A DNA stretch of 64,000 nucleotides, taken from contig WVZL01000016.1 of the NCBI GenBank assembly GCA_011772495.1, positions 10,075-74,074 on the forward strand, in the 5' to 3' direction. Positions 8,409-18,685 of the stretch are shown piece after piece. A model generated the notes under the pieces. The model searched no databases, was not told where the DNA came from, and saw only the letters and a program-made list of their open reading frames with translations. The translations under genes and the position numbers were made by a program. The first letter of the stretch is position 1, and every line of letters begins with the position of its first letter. The DNA is from Candidatus Aminicenantes bacterium (GTDB taxonomy: Bacteria > Acidobacteriota > Aminicenantia > Aminicenantales > Aminicenantaceae).

Positions 8409-9551
8409 ATGGCTTTGAAAAAAGAAAGACTGCTACTCATTGTCCTCCTTGTGGCGGTGTCTCTGTTCTTCCTGCTGGAGAGGCGCTTTTTGCCCGGGGT
8501 GACCTCAAAATTATCTCCTTATAAGAGTTTCGAACTCCTAGGAAACGTCATCGGACTCGTCAAGAGGGATTACCTGGCAGAGGTGGATCCTGATCGAACC
8601 ATGAAGGGAGCCTTGAAAGGGATGATCGATTCTCTGGATATCCTTTCCAGTTATTTGGACAAAGAAAATGTGCTCAAATATCTGGAGCTAAAAAACACCA
8701 GGTTCAAGGATACAGGCCTCATTCTCTCCAAAGGATACGGCTCCTTCCCCATGGTGATCGGAGTGGTAGAAAACTCTCCCGCTGAAGAAAAAGGAATTCA
8801 AATTGGCGATACGATAAGCACTCTGGACAGTAAATCAACCATGATCATGAGCCTTGTGGAAGCGAGCCTCTATCTCAAAAACAAAGAAGCGAAACCCGTG
8901 AAACTTGAGGTTCTGAGAGGGATGAAGACCGAAGAGGTAAGTATTGAAAGAAAGCTACTTTTTGAAAAGGCCTCCTCCTTTTCTCAAGCCGAGGGTACAG
9001 GTGGGATTCTAAAAATAAACCATCTCTATCCGCCCTGCGTAAACTCGATAAGGAGAGAAATCCTCCCAGCCCTGCAACCATCGAAGAAAGCTTTAGTTCT
9101 CGACTTGAGGAACTGCTATGAAGGCGAAATAGATGAGGGTTTAGAACTCATCAATCTTTTTTTAAAAGCAGATAATATCGGCTACTTCGAAAAAAACAGG
9201 GGTGCCAAAGAAAACGTCTCTTGCCCAAAAGAGGCCGCTCTGCAGAGAATGCCCCTAGCCATCTGGGTAAATCAAGCAACAATCGGAGCAGCAGAGATCG
9301 TGGCCTCTGTTTTACGAGATATGCGTCAGGCGAAAATCATCGGAGTGCCTACTCTTGGTCTGGTAGCCAAACAAAAACTCTTTCCTTTGGAAGATGGCAG
9401 CGCTCTACTCCTGACCACGAGTGTATTTCGTTTGAAGTCAGGAAAAAAATTGTGGGAAAAAGGAATAGAGCCTGCGGTCAAGATTGATATGAAAGATCAA
9501 AGCTACTCAAATTATCTAGAAAAGACCCTTGATGCTTTGAGTCAGATGTAA
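8409..9551 (+). CDS. S41 (C-terminal processing peptidase)-like protein with PDZ domain; catalytic Ser/Lys apparently substituted
   Basis: N-terminal TM segment, PDZ-like VIGVVENSPAEEKGIQIGDTISTLD, and S41 core VLDLRNCYEG..VNQATIGAAEIVASVLRD..IGVPTLGLV. The canonical GSASASE and TFGKG motifs are not conserved (see finding). Confidence 0.75.
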   Translation: MALKKERLLLIVLLVAVSLFFLLERRFLPGVTSKLSPYKSFELLGNVIGLVKRDYLAEVDPDRTMKGALKGMIDSLDILSSYLDKENVLKYLELKNTRFKDTGLILSKGYGSFPMVIGVVENSPAEEKGIQIGDTISTLDSKSTMIMSLVEASLYLKNKEAKPVKLEVLRGMKTEEVSIERKLLFEKASSFSQAEGTGGILKINHLYPPCVNSIRREILPALQPSKKALVLDLRNCYEGEIDEGLELINLFLKADNIGYFEKNRGAKENVSCPKEAALQRMPLAIWVNQATIGAAEIVASVLRDMRQAKIIGVPTLGLVAKQKLFPLEDGSALLLTTSVFRLKSGKKLWEKGIEPAVKIDMKDQSYSNYLEKTLDALSQM

Positions 9552-9554
9552 TAT

Positions 9555-10730
9555 ATGAAAAAAGCCACCCCTTCTGAGGGAAAACGGATTCCCGTCATTC
9601 CTCGCTTTGTTTATCTCCTTTTTCTTCTCCTCGCTCTTATCTTGGTCTTGGTCCTAGATACCATCAACCGGGACAACGGGGGCACATCCCTCTTCTCGCT
9701 TTCCTCGAATGAACAGAAGAAAGGACTTTCTTCCCAGGAAGAGCTTCAAGAAATTATCTTCAAGAGCTTATATCTCCATGGAATAACAGTCCATAACATT
9801 CAGCAGTATAAGGATAGGAATAACATTCTCCATCTCAAGGTCGATTTTCCCTACAGCAAGTATAGCCTGCTGGAGCATAAGCTGGAAGAAAAGCTCAAAG
9901 AGGAAAACTCATCTCTCCTTAAGAAGATTGAACAACAGGCTGAAGGGAAAAATTTCTACCTTTGGGAAGTTGAGGCCAAAGATGGCCAAAACCTGGTTAT
10001 TCTGTTTTCCTGTGCCAAGGAAAGAAGTGAAACTTTCGAAAGAGGAAAAGCTCCTGCTCGAGGTCTGAAAAGAACCAAAGTTGCTTTTATTATTGACGAT
10101 ATGGGCTACAGCCTGGAAGATCTAAAAAAGATTATCTCCTTGAAAAAGCCGGTCACTGTTTCCATCCTGCCTTCCAGCCCCTACGCCAAAGAAACAGCCT
10201 TGATTGCCCATGAAAACGGCCTGGAAGTCATGCTTCACCTTCCCCTTGAATCTGTAAATTCCAAGAACAATAAGAATCGAGGGGGATACATCCTCTCTGG
10301 AATGAGTACAGAAGAAATACAAAGGACACTGGAAGAGAGCTTGCAGATTCCTTATATCAAAGGAGTGAACAACCACCAGGGCTCAAAGATCACAACGGAT
10401 GAGACTCTCATGCGCATTATCCTCGAACCTCTGAAAAAGAGGAATCTCTACTTTATTGACAGCCTCACGACCAGTAGTTCCATTGCTTTTAGGTTGGCTC
10501 AAGAAATGGGAATCCGCTCAGCTCGACGCTATATTTTTCTTGATTCCACAGTCAACGAAGAATACATAGAAAGAATGATGGAAGACCTTTTCGTCAAAGC
10601 GCAGCAAAGGAATAATATGGTAGTCATCTGCCACCCTTTCCAGGAAACCATGCAAGTGCTGAAAGAAAAGGTACACTCTGTTGAAGAGAACAATCTCGAG
10701 CTGGTTTTCGCTTCCCAAATCGTTCGTTGA
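9555..10730 (+). CDS. Divergent polysaccharide deacetylase (YibQ family) with an N-terminal membrane anchor
   Basis: Motifs VAFIIDDMGYS, VSILP, MLHLPLE and NNHQGSKIT are typical of YibQ-type proteins. It follows the EnvC/S41 genes, as it does in many genomes. Confidence 0.8.
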   Translation: MKKATPSEGKRIPVIPRFVYLLFLLLALILVLVLDTINRDNGGTSLFSLSSNEQKKGLSSQEELQEIIFKSLYLHGITVHNIQQYKDRNNILHLKVDFPYSKYSLLEHKLEEKLKEENSSLLKKIEQQAEGKNFYLWEVEAKDGQNLVILFSCAKERSETFERGKAPARGLKRTKVAFIIDDMGYSLEDLKKIISLKKPVTVSILPSSPYAKETALIAHENGLEVMLHLPLESVNSKNNKNRGGYILSGMSTEEIQRTLEESLQIPYIKGVNNHQGSKITTDETLMRIILEPLKKRNLYFIDSLTTSSSIAFRLAQEMGIRSARRYIFLDSTVNEEYIERMMEDLFVKAQQRNNMVVICHPFQETMQVLKEKVHSVEENNLELVFASQIVR

Positions 10731-10739
10731 CAGCAGATC

Positions 10740-11684
10740 TCAGCGAATGAGAGTGAAGGTGTCGATCAGATAAAAGCATACTCCGTAGAAAAACAGCAGA
10801 AGGATAGAGACAGTGATTCTGACCAGAAGCTTTCTCTCAAGCTTACGATAGACCCAGAAAAGAGATTGATCGATGGCAAAAATCTCGAGAGCAAAGGGAA
10901 GAAAACCAGTGTATCCGAAAATCGGCATCTGAAACACTCTCCCCAAATTCAAATAGGGAAGTGAATACTTCCAGTGAGAGGTGGCCCAGAAATTCCAGAA
11001 TTCCCATAGCATTCCAGCCACCAACCCAGCCAGAATCCAGCTCAGGAGATGGCTCCACTTTCCCTCCTCTACTTCTCTCAGAAAGGTCCTGTTTTTCAGC
11101 CTAAAATTGAGAGGTTCCAGAAGAAAGATGAAACAGAGCCAGACGAAAGGGAAAAAAATTCGAGGCCAGGCAAGAGACAGGACGACAGAAAATACTCCTA
11201 AAATAAATAAAATCCAGAGTAAAGGGGAAGTGATTCTTATTTTGAATAAAGAAAATTCTCTTCCCTTGAAGAAACTGCGGATGAAAAAAGCAATTTCCTT
11301 GATCGCCAGAATCACCGAGGCAAAGGCGACAAAATAACCAATCCATCTTTCCCAAAGGGAAGGCGGAAGGTCGTGATAAGTCCAGTTTCTCAGTCTCAGG
11401 TTAAAAAGTTCAAAAATCAGCCAGACAAAGACAGAAATGAAAGCTGTAAAAAGAAAAAGCCTAGTTGACTCAGAAAGGGGAGATCTCTTTGTTCTCCTAA
11501 AATTCAAGCTGTCCATAATCAGGATAAAAGACCACCAGGCAAAGGAATAAAACCAGTCTTTTATAAAGGACACACCAAGGATGAGCAGAGATTCGGAAAA
11601 GATGAGAACAAAAAGGCCTATATACAGATTAAAACGAAGGACTTTTTCTTTCGGCACGACACCAAGGTAATCGAAATCTCCCAA
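10740..11684 (-). CDS. Hypothetical polytopic membrane protein
   Basis: A 314-aa ORF with about 8 hydrophobic, Trp/Phe-rich segments. I recognise no family motif. Confidence 0.5.
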   Translation of the reverse strand: MGDFDYLGVVPKEKVLRFNLYIGLFVLIFSESLLILGVSFIKDWFYSFAWWSFILIMDSLNFRRTKRSPLSESTRLFLFTAFISVFVWLIFELFNLRLRNWTYHDLPPSLWERWIGYFVAFASVILAIKEIAFFIRSFFKGREFSLFKIRITSPLLWILFILGVFSVVLSLAWPRIFFPFVWLCFIFLLEPLNFRLKNRTFLREVEEGKWSHLLSWILAGLVAGMLWEFWNFWATSHWKYSLPYLNLGRVFQMPIFGYTGFLPFALEIFAIDQSLFWVYRKLERKLLVRITVSILLLFFYGVCFYLIDTFTLIR

Positions 11685-11764
11685 AAATGCAAAGAATTGG
11701 GGTCCCTTTCTTGTTGTGGAAAGCTGGTCCTTTTTTTGTTATATTAAAAACAAGGAGGATCGTG

Positions 11765-12340
11765 ATGAAAAGATGGATGTTCTTATTAGTCGTCATAGTG
11801 GCGGCAGCGCTTGTCGTGTTTATTCTCTATAAGGTCGGAGCCGTACAAACAATGACTGCTGAAGAGCTTAATGAAGCCATAGAAATTGTAGATGTGGAAA
11901 CAAAATGGGTCGAAAAATATTATCAGCCCTGGCCCCCAAAATTGATTCTTGTTCCTTCTATCTCTTTTCGAGTGAAGAATCTCACTGATAAGCCCCTCAA
12001 TTACATAAACTTCAACGCTAATTTTAGGTTCAAGGCCGATTATGAAAATTTGGGAGACGCCTTCCTGGCAGCTATCCGGAAAGATTCTATTCCTGCGGAA
12101 AGCTTAAGTGAAGTCATTACCTTGAAAAGCAACTACGGTGTTGAGGGAAAAACCAAGGATTCTTTCAAGGATAATCCTCACTGGAGGATCGTCACCGTCA
12201 AGCTCTTTGCTTCTTCAAAGGGATCTCAATTCACCGAGATCGGAGAATATGAAGTCTCCAAAAAAATAGATTTCGAAGAGCCTGAGCCAGTTCACGTAGG
12301 GGAAACGGAAGAAAAAGAAAAGCCAACTAAAAAAAACTGA
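11765..12340 (+). CDS. Hypothetical membrane-anchored protein
   Basis: AAGGAGG lies at about 11752-11758, ahead of the ATG at 11765 (MKRWMFLLVVIVAAALVVF = single TM or signal anchor). The ORF-track start at 11687 has no SD. No family is recognised. Confidence 0.5.
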   Translation: MKRWMFLLVVIVAAALVVFILYKVGAVQTMTAEELNEAIEIVDVETKWVEKYYQPWPPKLILVPSISFRVKNLTDKPLNYINFNANFRFKADYENLGDAFLAAIRKDSIPAESLSEVITLKSNYGVEGKTKDSFKDNPHWRIVTVKLFASSKGSQFTEIGEYEVSKKIDFEEPEPVHVGETEEKEKPTKKN

Positions 12341-12344
12341 ACCC

Positions 12345-12908
12345 ATGAGCGCGATTGTCCCCTCCCGTTTTTTTTTAACCAAAGGAAAAGGACAACATAA
12401 AGAAAAATTAGCCAGCTTTGAGCAAGCCCTCAGAGAAGCTGGTATTGCTCCCTTCAACCTGGTAAAAGCCTCCAGTATCATCCCCCCTCATTGCCGTCTG
12501 ATATCAAAAGAGGAAGGGCTGAAGCTCCTTAAACCCGGTCAGATTCTCTTCTTGGTGCTGAGTGAAAACGCTACAGATGAAGCCCAGCGTCTGGTCACTG
12601 CCTCTATCGGCGTGGCCATTCCTAACGATTCCAACTATTATGGATATCTCTCAGAACACCATCAGTTCGGTCAAGAAGAAAAAGAAGCTGGAGAGTATGC
12701 AGAAGATTTAGCAGCTTACATGTTAGCCACCACTCTCGGCGTTAACCTCGGAGTTGATTTTGACACAGAACAGATTTGGAATGAGCAAAAAAATACCTAT
12801 CAGATTTCTGATCAGGTGACCCTCACCACCAAAAACATAACCCAAACAACGCATGGTAAAAAGGGCCTCTGGACAACAGCCATAGCAGCAGCGATTTTTA
12901 TTCCCTGA
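12345..12908 (+). CDS. pdaD: Pyruvoyl-dependent arginine decarboxylase
   Basis: FFLTKGKGQHKEKLASFEQALREAGIAPFNLVKASSIIPP contains the Ser-Ser self-cleavage site and the family N-terminal pattern. Confidence 0.9.
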   Translation: MSAIVPSRFFLTKGKGQHKEKLASFEQALREAGIAPFNLVKASSIIPPHCRLISKEEGLKLLKPGQILFLVLSENATDEAQRLVTASIGVAIPNDSNYYGYLSEHHQFGQEEKEAGEYAEDLAAYMLATTLGVNLGVDFDTEQIWNEQKNTYQISDQVTLTTKNITQTTHGKKGLWTTAIAAAIFIP

Positions 12909-13114
12909 TATTCGGCTCATTTCTCTTTTCTATCACCCGCGTACTAAGCATAAGCAGCATCTATTTCCTTGAGATGGGACAGTTCTATTTTTTAAAGTCA
13001 AAAGCCTAGCCCCAGGAGATATGGACAAGAATATAAAAACAGAACCGTCACCAATCTGAAGCAAAAAATACAATGCTTACAAAAAATTGAGGCAGAAAAG
13101 AAAGAGGAATAGGT

Positions 13115-14083
13115 CTAAGAACCGCTAGGCCTGTTAAGAATTTTTATATAATTGCTCTCTAAAAGTTTTTTGATAAATTCCTCGGTCTTATCTTTCTTTC
13201 TCTCGGAAAAAATCTTTTGTTCGATCTCTTCCTTTACTTCTTCGAAGGGTCTGAGCCGGCTCTCCTTTTTCTCCTCGAGCTTCAGCAAGTACCAACCATT
13301 CCTGGCCTCCAGCCAGGGATGAATCTCCCCAGGATTCAACTTTTCTACTGCCTCCTCTAAGGTTTTCGCGAGTTCTCCTTTTTTAAAGCTACCTAGGTCT
13401 CCTTGGGATTCTTTTTCCGGACCTTCAGAATATTGAGCCGCCAGATCAGCCATCTCTTCACCTTCAGAAATCCTGCGGCTTATCTCTTCCTTTTTTGACT
13501 GCAGTTCTTCTTCACTCTTCCCTTCTGGTGACAGGTAGATCACTCTCAGCCTATACTCGGCAGGCTCAATGAATTCTTCTGGATGGAGCTTGTAATAACT
13601 GACGATCTCGGAGTCGTCGGTGACAATGAACCTATCCACTTCACTGAAAATCAAGGCCTGTTTCAGAAAATTCTCTCCCAGTTGCTCCCTCCAAGACTCA
13701 AAATCCATACCTTGCTTTCTCAACTCCTGTCTCAGTTGCGCATCGGTTTCGATGTTGTTCTCTTTCTTCACGTTTTCGATGTAGAGATTGACCTGTTCAG
13801 TGACGTCAAGCCCTTTCTCGTTGGCTTCCTGGAGGAGAAGCTTATTCCTTATCATGGTCTCTAGTAGGTTTTCTTTCATCAGGTTGTACTGCTTATCCAA
13901 TTCCGCTCCATCTAATTGGGATTTAAGCATTTGGTAGAGCGCCCGTAGATTTTCCTCATACTCTGAGCGGGTAATGATATCATCATTAACGATGGCCACG
14001 ATTTCTTCGACAACTTCCTGAGAACTAAACAATACTCCAACATTCAGGGTCAACAAAAACGCGAAAATCAAAATCTTCTTCAT
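13115..14083 (-). CDS. SurA-like periplasmic chaperone / parvulin-type peptidyl-prolyl isomerase
   Basis: Signal peptide MKKILIFAFLLTL, SurA-N-like VAIVNDDIITRSEYE, and a C-terminal parvulin pattern (QGDLGSFKKGEL..GWYLLKLEE). The start at 14083 overlaps the upstream stop (ATGA). Confidence 0.8.
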   Translation of the reverse strand: MKKILIFAFLLTLNVGVLFSSQEVVEEIVAIVNDDIITRSEYEENLRALYQMLKSQLDGAELDKQYNLMKENLLETMIRNKLLLQEANEKGLDVTEQVNLYIENVKKENNIETDAQLRQELRKQGMDFESWREQLGENFLKQALIFSEVDRFIVTDDSEIVSYYKLHPEEFIEPAEYRLRVIYLSPEGKSEEELQSKKEEISRRISEGEEMADLAAQYSEGPEKESQGDLGSFKKGELAKTLEEAVEKLNPGEIHPWLEARNGWYLLKLEEKKESRLRPFEEVKEEIEQKIFSERKKDKTEEFIKKLLESNYIKILNRPSGS

Positions 14084-15075
14084 GACTCTTTTCTCGAGTA
14101 GGGAAAGGGTAGCTTCTGAGGATAGGAGACCCAATCTAAGTTTGTCTTCAACGTTTCTAAATGCTGCTGTGTTGCCTGTTTTATTCTCTGATCCAAAAGC
14201 TTCAACTGTATGGCCTCTGAGGCATTCTCCGCAGAAATGAGCTCTGGTCCCTGCCTTTTGTCCACTCTGAAAATATGATACCCGTAAGAAGATTCCATAA
14301 CCTGACTCAACTCTCCATCCTTTAAGGCAAAAATGATCCTTTCCATCTCATAAGGAAGCTGACCCATTTCAAACCATCCCATATCACCACCCTTGGAAGC
14401 GTCTGTGCTGGCTGAATAGAGTTGGGCCGCTTGTCTGAATTCTTCTTCTGAAGAATCTTTCACCATGTTCAAGACCTCGATGGCCTTAGCCTCGGTCCTC
14501 ACCAGAATCTGACTGACTTTAATTTTCTCGGGCGAAAGGAATTCTCTCTTGTTAAGATCATAATATTCCTTTATCTCATCCTCTGTCACCTCGATACCTT
14601 CGACCAGCTGGTAGGTGTACTTAGCGATCAAGAGTTTATCAAAGAGAAGCTGCGTATCCAATGTTTCCAATAGGGTCCCTTTCTCCTCATCAAGGAATTC
14701 ACTCCCCAGCTTGGTTAAATAGTCTTTCTTTTCTTCCCAGGTCAGTGAAATTCCCTGGTTTTTGGCGGCCTGGAGAAAGAGTTTTTCCTCTATAAATCTA
14801 TCGAAAAGACGGCTTAAGGAAGGAATAGAAAGGCCTTGCTGGGCTTCTCCGACTATGCTGCGAATATACCCTTCAAAATCAGAATTCAAATAAGAGGTCC
14901 CTTCGACCTTTAGGATCGTATCGTTCTTTTTTAGAGGATCTTTCAAGCTGTATTCTGGGGTGGTTCCTGGAGCTTTTTCCTGTTTACAGTGGGCCCAAAG
15001 CAGGGAGATGCCCAGAAAAAGACCGAAAAAAAAATAAACTCTTGGTTTCTGTCCACACATCTCCATTAAATTCAA
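14080..15075 (-). CDS. PpiC/parvulin-type peptidyl-prolyl isomerase (SurA/PrsA-like), probable lipoprotein
   Basis: Lipobox-like LLWAHC. Rotamase motif VSQILV..GGDMGWFEMGQLPYEMERIIFALKDGELSQVMESSYGYHIFRV. Confidence 0.8.
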   Translation of the reverse strand: MNLMEMCGQKPRVYFFFGLFLGISLLWAHCKQEKAPGTTPEYSLKDPLKKNDTILKVEGTSYLNSDFEGYIRSIVGEAQQGLSIPSLSRLFDRFIEEKLFLQAAKNQGISLTWEEKKDYLTKLGSEFLDEEKGTLLETLDTQLLFDKLLIAKYTYQLVEGIEVTEDEIKEYYDLNKREFLSPEKIKVSQILVRTEAKAIEVLNMVKDSSEEEFRQAAQLYSASTDASKGGDMGWFEMGQLPYEMERIIFALKDGELSQVMESSYGYHIFRVDKRQGPELISAENASEAIQLKLLDQRIKQATQQHLETLKTNLDWVSYPQKLPFPYSRKES

Positions 15076-18000
15076 CTCATTATATTACATCCATATAACT
15101 CCTTCAAGACGAAGATGGTTTCATCCATAACCATGGCCTCGTCTCCATCAGGAAGGGTAAGGCTCATTACGCCCTGAGGAGTAACCGAGCCTGAATACTC
15201 ATTCAACAGTTTGGTCATCTGTTCCAGTTTGGCAGAGGTGCCTGGCAGAAACTTGAATATGAGCCGCTTCCCCACTCGATCAACAGCCTTGATCCTCAAC
15301 TTCTGGGCCAGAAACTTGACTGCGCCATAATGGAGCAGACTCCTGACAGAAGGAGGTATGGGTCCGAATCGGTCTTCCATTTCTTCTCCAATCTTTTCCA
15401 GGTCTTCGAGATTCTCCACCGAAGATATTCTCTTATAGAAGTTTAATCTTAAATTTATCTGAGGGAGATAATCTTCAGGTATCCTGATGTCGACCTTTAG
15501 GTTGATCTCGCTCTTGATTTCTTCTTCTCTCTCTCCTTTCAGTTCCTTGACTGTTTGTTCGAGGAGGTGCATGAAATAATCAAATCCCACGGCTTCCAGG
15601 TAGCCATGCTGCTGGGCTCCCAGAAAATTCCCTGCTCCTCTAATCTCCAAGTCTTTAGCAGCTAGTCGAAAGCCAGAACCCAGTTCACTAAACTCTTGGA
15701 TGGCCTTGAGCCTTTCTTTGGCGACCGGAGTCAGTTCGGTAAAAGGAGGAACAAGGAAATAGGCAAAAGCTTGACGCGAAGAACGCCCGACCCGTCCTCG
15801 TAGCTGGTACAGCTGAGCCAGGCCAAAAAGATCTGCCCGGTCTACGATGAGAGTGTTGACCAAAGGGATATCGATTCCGTTTTCGATGATTGTCGTCGAA
15901 ACCAGGACATTGAACCGCTGGTTGATGAAATCGATCATCCGTTGCTCAAGATTCAAGCTTGACATTTTCCCATGGATACAGACGACACTAGTTTCAGGCA
16001 CTAACCTCTCGATCATGCGGCTGACCCTATCGATATCTTCAACCCGGTTGTGGATATAATAGACTTGACCTCCTCGAACCAACTCCTTTTTTATGGCAGA
16101 GGCAATGAGCTTGGAGCTAAAATGAGTGACCACAGTATGGATGGCTAGCCTGTCTTTGGGAGGAGTTTCGATAAGGCTTATGTCCCTGAGACCCGTAAGA
16201 GAAAAATTCAGGGTTCGAGGAATCGGGGTGGCGGTGAGAGTTAAAACATCGATGTTGGCCTTCATCTTTTTTATTTTCTCTTTATGGTTAACTCCGAACC
16301 TCTGTTCCTCATCGACAATCAACAAGCCCAGGTTAGGAAACTCTACATCCTTGGATAGGAGGCGGTGAGTCCCGATGATGATGTCCACCAGTCCTTTTTT
16401 CAGGTCGGCGACGATTCTCTTCTGCTGGGCCCTTGTTTGAAGCCTGGTTAGGGCTTCAATCCTGATGGGAAACAAGACCACCCGGTTTCGTAAAGTCTTC
16501 AAGTGCTGACTGGCCAGCACGGTAGTCGGGCAGAGAATCGCAGCCTGCTTTCCATCCATGACGGCCTTGAAACAGGCTCGCATGGCAACTTCAGTCTTGC
16601 CGTATCCCACATCTCCCACCAGAAGGCGGTCCATGGGAGATTCCAATTCCATGTCCATCTTAATTTCTTTGATGGAGGTCAGCTGGTCCTCTGTTTCTTC
16701 GTACTCAAAGGTTCTCTCAAACTCAGACTGCCATTCTCCTTCGGCACTGAAGCTGAATCCCTTTAGGGCCTTTCTCTGAGCATAGAGATGGAGCAGTTCT
16801 TTGGTCATGTTCTCGATGGCTTTCTTTGTCCTGGCTTTTGTTTTCTGCCAGGCAGGACTGCCCAGCTTGCTGAGCGGAGGAAGAGCCAGACCGACTTTCG
16901 AGTATTTCTGGACGAGATTCAGGTCTTCTACAGGAACAAAAAGCTTATCTTCGTCTCGGTAGGCGATCTCGATAAAATCTCCCTTTCTTCCGTCCACTTC
17001 CAGTTTTATCAAGCCCCTGAAGATCCCGATGCCGCAATCGGTATGAACGATATAATCTCCCTCTTTAAGGTCCTGGAAATGCGAGACGAAAGGTCGGACC
17101 GGATGCCGGCTGACGATGACTTTTTCCTCAGTAAAAATGTCCTTTTCAGAAAAATAGGCAATTTTTTCTTTAGGAAAGCTGAAGCCTCTTTCCAAATCCC
17201 CGATAAGAAGAACGGCTTCACCTTTTTGGGGAGATGTAAGGGGTGATGATGATTCCACATGCTCAATCGCGTGCTGAGAGAGAAGCTTGGCCAGTTTTTG
17301 TCGTCGGCCCTCATTCGAAATGTAAATGAAACAGCGCTCCCTTTCGCGGTGAAGCTTCTCGATGTAATCAAGGAAGAAAGGGATTTTATTCTCAAACCGA
17401 GGGACGGATTGGAAGGGAAAGCTGAAGTGGCCTTTCCTGCCAGGAGAACCCAACCCCTGAAAAATCACAGCTTCTTTTTTTATTTTTTCCCAGAGGGAAG
17501 CAGGATATATTCTCTCTGGAGAAAGGCTGAAAGCATGGCTCGAGCTAAGCTCTTCGTACTGGCTCTTTAAATCCAGACAAGATGACTCCCATTCCTTCTC
17601 CACCTGTTCCAAGTCATCGATGATGAAGAGAGGATTCTTGAAGTAATGAGAAAAGGAAACAAAATGCTTCTGGTGAAGGAGGGAGAGAAAAGCAAACGAA
17701 GGAAAGAGTTCTCCTTTCTGTAAACAGTTCATTTTTTCTTCAGCATCTTTTCCTCTCTCTCTTCCTCCTTCTTCGAGAGCCAATTCGCTCCATTCCTTGA
17801 AGAAACCGGGAGACCCTAAAAACTCCCTCAGGGAGGGAATGATAATCCGGTCCGCTTTTCTCAGTGTCCTCTGGGTAGAGGGATCAAATTGGCGAAGAGA
17901 AACAATCTCCTCGCCGCTGAATTCAATCCTGAAGGAATGATCTTCCCAGGGAGAAAAAACATCGACTATTCCTCCCCTCCAGGCGTATTCTCCTCTCGAG

Positions 18001-18512
18001 GCTATCAGATCCTCGCTAGTGTAACCGTACTCTTCTAGAATTTTCAGCAGGTTGTCGCGTCCGATATCGTTATTGATCTCGAGCTCCAAAAAGAGTTTGG
18101 ACAGATCTTCAGGAGCAGGCATGGGTTTTAAAAGACCGAAGAGATTGGCGATGACCAAATGAGGCGGACCATGAATCAGATCATAAAAAAATTGCATCCT
18201 CGAAGAGACTGTGTCCAGGGATGGAAAGACCTCCTGGAACGGATTTTCTGATAGAGGAAGAAGTGAGTTCAGCTTCAATGGAGAGGAAAACTGGCTTAGG
18301 AAAAACTGACACTCCTCCTGGAATTGGAGCAAGGGGAATGAGTGAGGCTTGATATAGACGATCCTTTTCTCCGCTTCTTGAGCCAGCAAAGCGAGAAAAT
18401 AGGGTTTGGCCTGCTCCACGAGTCCGGTAACCTTCAGGTCTTTCCTTCCCTGGCTAATGGCCTTAAGGAATTTCTTAAACTCGTCCCTTCCTCTCACAAA
18501 ATCCAAGCTCAT
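15072..18512 (-). CDS. mfd: Transcription-repair coupling factor
   Basis: 1146 aa. CarD/TRCF-RID motif GDYIVHTDCGIGIFRGL, helicase motifs GDVGYGKTEVAMRA and DEEQRFG, QLYQLRGRVGR, and a C-terminal TRCF domain. Confidence 0.95.
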   Translation of the reverse strand: MSLDFVRGRDEFKKFLKAISQGRKDLKVTGLVEQAKPYFLALLAQEAEKRIVYIKPHSFPLLQFQEECQFFLSQFSSPLKLNSLLPLSENPFQEVFPSLDTVSSRMQFFYDLIHGPPHLVIANLFGLLKPMPAPEDLSKLFLELEINNDIGRDNLLKILEEYGYTSEDLIASRGEYAWRGGIVDVFSPWEDHSFRIEFSGEEIVSLRQFDPSTQRTLRKADRIIIPSLREFLGSPGFFKEWSELALEEGGRERGKDAEEKMNCLQKGELFPSFAFLSLLHQKHFVSFSHYFKNPLFIIDDLEQVEKEWESSCLDLKSQYEELSSSHAFSLSPERIYPASLWEKIKKEAVIFQGLGSPGRKGHFSFPFQSVPRFENKIPFFLDYIEKLHRERERCFIYISNEGRRQKLAKLLSQHAIEHVESSSPLTSPQKGEAVLLIGDLERGFSFPKEKIAYFSEKDIFTEEKVIVSRHPVRPFVSHFQDLKEGDYIVHTDCGIGIFRGLIKLEVDGRKGDFIEIAYRDEDKLFVPVEDLNLVQKYSKVGLALPPLSKLGSPAWQKTKARTKKAIENMTKELLHLYAQRKALKGFSFSAEGEWQSEFERTFEYEETEDQLTSIKEIKMDMELESPMDRLLVGDVGYGKTEVAMRACFKAVMDGKQAAILCPTTVLASQHLKTLRNRVVLFPIRIEALTRLQTRAQQKRIVADLKKGLVDIIIGTHRLLSKDVEFPNLGLLIVDEEQRFGVNHKEKIKKMKANIDVLTLTATPIPRTLNFSLTGLRDISLIETPPKDRLAIHTVVTHFSSKLIASAIKKELVRGGQVYYIHNRVEDIDRVSRMIERLVPETSVVCIHGKMSSLNLEQRMIDFINQRFNVLVSTTIIENGIDIPLVNTLIVDRADLFGLAQLYQLRGRVGRSSRQAFAYFLVPPFTELTPVAKERLKAIQEFSELGSGFRLAAKDLEIRGAGNFLGAQQHGYLEAVGFDYFMHLLEQTVKELKGEREEEIKSEINLKVDIRIPEDYLPQINLRLNFYKRISSVENLEDLEKIGEEMEDRFGPIPPSVRSLLHYGAVKFLAQKLRIKAVDRVGKRLIFKFLPGTSAKLEQMTKLLNEYSGSVTPQGVMSLTLPDGDEAMVMDETIFVLKELYGCNIMS

Positions 18513-18685
18513 GACTTTATTATACGTTTTTCTGCCCTACACGGTCTATCGGGTTGTTAGAAAGCCAGATTGGCAAGGCGATTCAGATTTTACAGGCGAG
18601 AGAAGAACCGAAAGCTCAGACCTGATCTTAAGGCTGTCGGCAAGCTAGATTAATGAAATTGTCCTGAAGAACAGAATAATATGTT

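Noticed and set aside
12976-13052. Short motif GGGAC[A/T]GTTCTATTT[T/C]TTT at 12976-12993 (plus strand) and 47019-47038 (plus strand), with an inverted relative at 13035-13052. The first and third could form a long-range hairpin between the convergent pdaD and PPIase genes.
   Set aside because: A 17-of-19 match found in an all-against-all comparison of a 64-kb window is within chance expectation, especially in T-rich sequence. Flanking sequence is unrelated, and there is no consistent position relative to genes.
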